A DNA stretch of 64,000 nucleotides from a virus, in IMG/VR virus record IMGVR_UViG_3300047494_000112, positions 96,001-160,000 of that record, one strand, 5' to 3'. The notes under the pieces are model-generated. The model saw only the letters and a program-made list of their open reading frames with translations. It was not told the DNA's origin and made no database searches. Both the position numbers and the translations under genes were made by a program. Shown here in pieces: positions 57,901-64,000 of this stretch. How positions within the stretch are numbered: the stretch's first letter is position 1; each line of letters starts with the position of its first letter.

Positions 57901-60865
57901 GTAGGTTGGTTAAGCGTTATTGGAAAATAGAAAGAGAGGGGCGTTATTACGCCTGCTTGTTAGGTGCAGCATTTGGGATACCTTCAGTAGCTGATTGTCC
58001 CAATGAAGCCATGCCAAAATGGATGGCTGAATGCACCGTCACGCTGGTTGATGGTATTAGTAATGAAGATTTAAACAATGGATTGATACGTAGGTATGCA
58101 GATCTGCTGTCAAAATGGACAGTGTTGTCAAAAGAACAATGGGCTAATGTACTAGCGCGATGGCTAGTTAGGTTGATCGATCAAGCAATTGACTCGATTC
58201 CTAAGCCTGTAAGAGATGAAGGGCTTATACTTGTAAAGGTTTGCGAACAATGCAAATCAGCTGTGATTTGCAAAAATGAATCAGATTATGCTAAAGTTAC
58301 TGCAGCTGTTAAAGCTGCGGCTTCAGCGCATGAAGCTGTGTGCAGGCTTAATGCACATTCAGCTGTGCATGTTGCTAATGCTGCAGCTTATGCTGCTCAT
58401 GCGATTGTTGATCCAACTTCATATGCAGCTTATGCTGCACATTATGCTGCAAAGGTGGCTTCCAATGTTGCCAATGATGAATATTCAGCATATAAATCTC
58501 TTTTTCAAGCTTTACTTGATGAGATTGAAAAAGAGATTTTCGGAGTTCAATCATGATTGAACTCAATGAATGGAAAAGTGACAAATGGGAAGAAGCCGTT
58601 TTTAAAGTAATGGCTACTTTTCGCCAAAAATACGGAGTTAGCTACACCAGCGGTGTTGTACTTGGTGGCCACGACATGAAACCTGCTGCAATAAACCATG
58701 AATGGCCAGAGTTTTTAATTTCGTGGGAAAAAGGCAGTATGCTAGATTATTGCATTCGAGTTCAATCTCCAGCACCAAAAGGTTATGACCACCTGGTGCC
58801 CGTTCGAGCAGTGGTTTGGTTCAACCATGATCAAGTAACCTACTTGGCAGCATTTGAATACATGGATGAATTGTATCAAGAGCTAATTTCAATTGAAAGG
58901 AGCAATAGGTGCCCAGAGCAATATGCACAGGATGTGGAGAGGAGTATTCAGAAAAACGTGCCGCACTTGGTTACAACAAATGTTTAGCTTGTGGTGATGC
59001 TGTTGCTCAGAAACAAATACAAGCAAAGCAGAAGCGTATTCTCCCAGCTTTCAACAAAGGAGGCTATACGCTTTTATCTGGTGACTACGAAACTGCAAAG
59101 TCAGAGGCTCGAGGTATGGCTCGAAAAACGGAGAATGAAAAATGACACCAACAGATAAGGACATTTGGGCTGCTTTGGCAATAAGCATGTCACTGTTCAA
59201 GCTGCAGGAAGAAGAAACGGAACAGAAGCAGTCATTTCAGGACTGGGTTAAAAAAGAAAATTTGCCTAAACTGGATGACGAAGAACCGTATACCTATTAA
59301 TTTTTAACCAAATGAGAGAGGACATGTAACATGGATATGCCGGTAACTCTTCAGAGCCTGATGATAAAAGACATTCGTGCGTCTCACTTTGAGACCAAAA
59401 AGCAGGTTTGGTTTCGCTGCAAGCGTAATTGGACAGATGTTTATTTTGAAATTTTGGATTACTATTTTCCAGAAGATTCAGAAACCTATGAAGGCGTACC
59501 TTACCTTTGTGGCGCCGCCCACATTGACGGGACTTGGATAATCGGCTTCCTAAATCCTTCTTGTGAATTTATTCCTTTGTGATAGGAGAGTTAGATGAAA
59601 TATGATTCTTGGAAAGCTGATATCAGGCCAGTAGATCCTGATCCTGACAATGAGTTACATCTTACGGTTAACGAGGTTAGAAATTGTATGGAGGTTGTGG
59701 CAAGCGTGCTTTATAGGCACGCCAAAGCTGCGGCCATCCAACACAATGATGGTCTGTATGATGAATTTTCTCGTTTGAAAGCTGATTTGAATATGCTTTC
59801 AGATCGCTTGTTTAGCGCAAGCAATGATGCTTCGATGCATCGAGTGAACGCCAGTATTTCTCAAGGTGAGAAGAGCATGGCGGCCATTATGAGTGGTCTT
59901 TTAAAATCAGTGGGTACTGATAAAGACCCACTGACAACGGTCGCCGTTGAGTTGATGAAAGTCCACTATGACATGGCTGATGAGCTGAAGGAGTTGAAGG
60001 ATGACTGACTTTACTCCTGGCAACTTGGTCTTCCATGCTGAAAAAGTGTATAGCTGTTCCAAACTAGACTACCTATTCTGTGAGGATAGGTTTGTGGGCA
60101 CAGTTGTTACTCTGAGTGATGCTCACTCAGATGAGCATATAATTGACTTGCCTAATTTTCGATGCGAAAGGGACATTACCAGTCCTCATTGTCAGTATCA
60201 AAACGTTGAGGCACCTAGCACAGTTGCACCTGCAATCAAGCATTGGGTATCAAAGTTGAGTTCATTTTTGAAGGGAGACTTGCAATGAAGTACGAATACC
60301 ACGTCCTAATTCGGCATGACACTTTGCCACATTCTAGTCTCCAGGCTTTGGGAAAAGAGGGTTGGTTACTATGCAGCGTTGTCTCCCAAAGAATTGGAAT
60401 TGGAGGAGACACTCGACATACTTTTTACTTTACTCGGCCGTTGAAAGAGCAAGTGTAATGGGACTTGTGCTGGTACCTCTTTGGTTCATGTTTACTTTAC
60501 CTGGGCGATGGCAACAATGGCGTAATTTCTACTTTCCCAGCAACAGTCGTCAGAGCATTGTTGCATCAGCTCGTGACTACAATTCTAAAGGCGTAATGTT
60601 TATCTTTTGTCTACGTTTTTGGAGTTTTTGGCTGTGCGTATGGGCAATTTTTCCAGGTTTGATTTTACTTGGAATGGCATGGATTGCAAACAACAGTACA
60701 GAGTCAGCAGCAACGTGCCCAGTTTTTATCACAAACCTGTACTATTGGATTCACACTAGCGCATTGTGTCGCATATCGCTTCACTTTGATCTAAAGGTAA
60801 CGTTGGCTTTTTTGACGTGGATTAACGAAGCAGTAACCTGGCTAAACACTCCTCACAATCATTGA
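54908..60865 (+). other. Array of small hypothetical CDS, including 54908..55129 (membrane), 55482..55862, 55872..56456 (C-terminal Myb/HTH-like), 56469..56909 (membrane), 57124..57573, 57577..57852, 57849..58556 (Ala-rich), 58553..58987, 58909..59145 (CxxC Zn finger), 59331..59582, 59595..60008, 60001..60288
   Basis: Dense + strand ORFs with SDs and overlaps; few recognisable motifs. Confidence 0.6.
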
Positions 60866-60877
60866 TAAGGAAAGCTA

Positions 60878-61141
60878 ATGCAAACTATGAACAAATTTTT
60901 GGATTTGGTACTTAGGTTTCAGAATCTTTCAGTAAAATTTGGAACGAGCAAATCTTCTTCGTATCAAGTCTCTTTGACTATAGGTCAGGATAAAAAATGG
61001 TGTCTAAATTTAGGCTGTTATGATATAGAAGACTGGCCTAGGAATTTATTGCTAGGCCCATTTTTGAATATAGAAGAAGTGTTGGAGGCTTTTGAAACGA
61101 AGGTAAAGGAAGCGGAAGCAATTCCAGATAATTTCGTCTAA
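60878..61141 (+). CDS. Hypothetical protein
   Basis: AAGGA SD; 87 aa. Confidence 0.6.
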   Translation: MQTMNKFLDLVLRFQNLSVKFGTSKSSSYQVSLTIGQDKKWCLNLGCYDIEDWPRNLLLGPFLNIEEVLEAFETKVKEAEAIPDNFV

Positions 61142-61192
61142 TACGAAACGAGAAGGGTGGGCAGGGTTTCCACCCTTTACGCTTCGCATTGG
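61138..61192 (+). promoter_or_regulatory. Conserved intergenic hairpin motif, copy 2
   Basis: CTAATACGAAAC-[GAAGGGTGG/CCACCCTTT stem]-GCTTCGCATTGG. Confidence 0.6.
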
Positions 61193-61227
61193 AGCGGAGA
61201 AACAACCAAAATGAAAGTTATCATAAC

Positions 61228-61545
61228 ATGGCGAAAAACATTGAAGCACGTCTGGCTCTCTTGCAGCAGGCAGTATTGGCACTTTTGCCGGCGACAGGAA
61301 CTCACGCCAAAGTGATCAAGGAAACAGAGGAAGCTTTTCCTTTGATCACTGAGAAGAAGCGTTTGGCTTTTGCATCCAGCGTTAGCAAGAAGCTTTCCAA
61401 GGCTGAAAAGCCGGCCAAGGATTCCAAAAAAGAGACCAAAAAATCGGAAAAGAAAGTCGAGAAAAAGGTAGCCAAGAAGAGCAAAAAGCTCGAAAAGAAG
61501 CTGGCAAAAAAGGCAGGCAAAAAAGCAAAGCAGCTTTCGGACTAA
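61228..61545 (+). CDS. Lys-rich basic protein
   Basis: ATG 61228; K/A/E-rich tail. Confidence 0.6.
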   Translation: MAKNIEARLALLQQAVLALLPATGTHAKVIKETEEAFPLITEKKRLAFASSVSKKLSKAEKPAKDSKKETKKSEKKVEKKVAKKSKKLEKKLAKKAGKKAKQLSD

Positions 61546-61557
61546 TTGTTTAACATT

Positions 61558-61581
61558 GAGGGTGGCAATATTGCCACCCTC
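61558..61581. terminator. Perfect 24-bp palindrome
   Basis: GAGGGTGGCAATATTGCCACCCTC. Confidence 0.5.
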
Positions 61582-61794
61582 CTAACTTAGGAAAATAAAA
61601 TGGAAAAAGGACCAACACAGGAGATATTAGATCAATACACTGAGCTGTTGCGTAAAGCAGCTCGGCCTCGGCTAACTATTGCTGATGCAGGAGCAGCAGT
61701 ACGAGAAAACGTTGATTTGGTTTTATTCGTGACGCAAAATGCGCCTGCGATACTCACCGGACTTCAAAATTAACTTAACCACAGGAGAGTAAAA

Positions 61795-63314
61795 ATGAGC
61801 AGCAAGAAAACCAAGCGTCAGATCAATGAGATCATGGAGGCGCTTGAATACATGGACGGAGATTATATTGATGCCTTCCATTCTTCCGTAATGTCAATGC
61901 GTGCCGAAGGCGAATTGGATAATGAACCGGTTCAGGTTGTCGTCAAGCGTCCCAAAAAGACAAACCCGGCTAAGGTTGAGAAGCCCAAAGCAAAGCGAAC
62001 TGTCAAAGTTGCTGAGGATGCTCCAAAGTTTTCAGACATGTCTGAGCGTGAACAACGCGCCTATATCCGGGCTTTGAATGTCAAACCTAACGATGCTGGT
62101 GAAAATTTGGCGCGTTTTCTGAAAAAGGTTGCCAAAATGGCTTCTGAGCATACGGAAAAGCAACTACTCCGAATGGGGAAGGAAGCCGAAATCAAATTTG
62201 TGTTTGGCAAAGGTCGCCAAGATCCATACGTTAAAAAGGAGAAAATGGCTGCACAAATTCTTATTCAGTAATTGGTAAATTGTAATGTGAAGGCTGGCGT
62301 AAAACCCAGCCTTTCACTTTTTATAGGAGAGTGAACATGTCAGCTTGTAAAAAAGACAGCGTGTTGATTGACCTTGATCAAAACTTTGGATACAGGTTTG
62401 TGCGTTTCAATTCACCTGAGTTGACTGGTAAGGTGTGGCAACTGGCATTTCAAATGTTGGTTGCAGGCGTGGGTTTTTATCAACCAAAGTCTTATCAAGA
62501 GACCGGAGTAGAGCCAAATATTACACGCGAGATTGTACCGGCACACTATTGGGTATTCTCTCATTATGGCGATGAGATTGGTCGCATACAGGTCAATGTT
62601 GTAAATGGGCTTATCCATCGTTTGAGAGCAAACTATCAGACGTGTCATTGGTCTGGAAAGATATGCTATCAAAAAATAAATCCAAAGAAATATGTTCACT
62701 TGGCCGATATAACTTTTGGCTGGGAGAAAGGAATGAACGACTACGTTCCTATCCTAATACAAAAATTTCAACGTGAGCCCGTTAAAGAAATGCTAATGGG
62801 GAATTAATAGGAGAGTGACATGGATTTCTTTTCAAAAGGTTTGACAGCAAAAGATTATCAAAACTTGGACAAGAAAGGCTGCATTGTATTACCGGATCGA
62901 AAAATTGAAAGCGTCTTGAATCTAAAAGATTTTTGGATAGTTGTATTGCGTGATGCCGATGAACCAGCTTATGTGCAAGTCTTTGCAACGCAGAATCTGC
63001 ATGGGATGATGACCTCTCTCCTTGATCTGGAACGCTCGCAAGGGGCATACGAAAACATAGCGGGTTCTCTATCTCAAGATGATTTGAATACAGATTTTAA
63101 CAAAATGATATCTGACTTGATGCAGCGTTCAAATGTTTTAATTAGGCAAGTTAAAACCAGTCCTATAAACCCTGAAAGGACGATCGGTACTTGGCAAGCT
63201 CCAGATGAAAAACTTACGTCTAAAGACGCATACAACAAATATATTCTAAACTGTTTCATAGATTTTGATAAAATTCAGTCTACGGAAGAAATGCAAGAAA
63301 ACGAGAAATTCTAA
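61795..63314 (+). other. Three hypothetical CDS (61795..62271, 62331..62807, 62820..63314)
   Basis: AGGAG SDs; terminator-like hairpin at about 62287..62318 between the first two. Confidence 0.65.
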
Positions 63315-64000
63315 TGGCACAAACTATAGACCAAATGATCACAACACTAAAACTGTGGGATAAAGCTTACGCCAAAGGCAAGCCCATTGTAACTGACGCC
63401 ATTTACGACGCCTTGCGTGAAAAAGCTAAAAAGCAAGCACCAAAGCATGAGTATTTCAAACTGCTCTCAACCAGGGACGCGCCTGGCGAAAAGGTAAAGT
63501 TGCCGACCCCAATGATGTCTCTGGATAAAACTAGACCGTCTAGCATTGTTGAATGGGCCAAGTGGGATACCGAATATTTAATAGGTCCCAAACTGGATGG
63601 GTTGTCGGGCAAGTTAAAATTTGTCAAAGGCAGGCTGCAAATGGCTTTTACTCGTGGTGATGGTATCATTGGCCGTAACGTTACAGCGACAGCCAAATTG
63701 GTCAACGGCGTCATGCAAAACTTGCCAACAAAGGATTCATTGGAGATCAATGGCGAGTTTATCGTGCACAATTCAGTGTTTGCAGCGTTAAAAGAAAAAA
63801 TGGCACAGAATCCAAAGCTAAAGCAATACAAAGCTGCACGCAATTTTGTTGTTGGTATGCTGAATACCAAGGAAGCTGATCCTGAGCTATTAAAGCATGT
63901 AACGTTCATTGTGTACTCGGTTGATTGTCCTACAGCGAATTTCAAACACAAATTAGACCAACTAAATCTGGCTGCCAAACTAGGCTTTATCACAATTACA
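63314..64000 (+). CDS. ligA: NAD-dependent DNA ligase, N-terminal part (runs off window; not in ORF track)
   Basis: My translation from ATG 63314: AYAKGKPIVTDAIYDAL, MMSLDK, PKLDG (KxDG), AFTRGDGIIGRNVT, INGEF, ARNFVVGML. Confidence 0.92.
   Translation, partial: MAQTIDQMITTLKLWDKAYAKGKPIVTDAIYDALREKAKKQAPKHEYFKLLSTRDAPGEKVKLPTPMMSLDKTRPSSIVEWAKWDTEYLIGPKLDGLSGKLKFVKGRLQMAFTRGDGIIGRNVTATAKLVNGVMQNLPTKDSLEINGEFIVHNSVFAALKEKMAQNPKLKQYKAARNFVVGMLNTKEADPELLKHVTFIVYSVDCPTANFKHKLDQLNLAAKLGFITIT

Noticed and set aside
793-63993. Minus-strand ORFs in the track (e.g. 23464..24132, 31122..31607, 50693..51190, 63403..63993, 26480..26668)
   Set aside because: They are antisense shadows of well-supported + strand genes or low-complexity tracts, or overlap promoter DNA; they have no SDs or recognisable motifs.
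1-64000. Stop-codon reassignment (alternative genetic code)
   Set aside because: Conserved genes are intact under the standard code, TAA/TAG/TGA all end genes, and no suppressor tRNA was seen.

Overview
This 64-kb window is from a large AT-rich lytic (jumbo-type) phage genome, probably of a proteobacterial host. NrdA/NrdB look alphaproteobacterial; this is an inference. Every credible gene is on the + strand. From left to right the window holds: (1) a base-modification cluster at 0.7-8.4 kb, with dCTP deaminase, two glycosyltransferases, a PAPS-reductase-like PP-loop protein, a PIG-L deacetylase, QueD-like, FolE, a TGT/DpdA-like transglycosylase and two unknown paralogs; (2) nrdA and nrdB separated by about 8 kb that contains a PrkA-YeaH-SpoVR triad; (3) a sigma-like protein, a gp32-like SSB, a RecA-like protein and a second QueD; (4) a block of acidic-tailed small proteins, five tRNAs, a TAXI-like periplasmic binding protein, a Dda-like helicase and a two-subunit topoisomerase II; (5) a vWA / PurA-like / HNH-RHH module; (6) from about 50.7 kb, a visibly GC-richer array of small early-type genes, including an ART-like-HU fusion and a nucleotidyltransferase, ending in an NAD-dependent DNA ligase cut off by the window edge. 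The best candidate for a new system is the cluster at 0.7-8.4 kb, which may make a glycosylated 7-deazaguanine (or pterin-derived) base. Both of its glycosyltransferases resemble the GTDC1/QTMAN family, and no QueE or QueC is present in the window. The non-coding DNA also has recurrent structure: two sigma70-type promoters sharing an identical 34-bp leader, a 10-bp-phased GTAGT array, an intergenic TGGTAAA motif, and a twice-repeated hairpin with conserved flanks and a co-varying inner stem. All family assignments come from motifs recognised by eye; no database searches were run.
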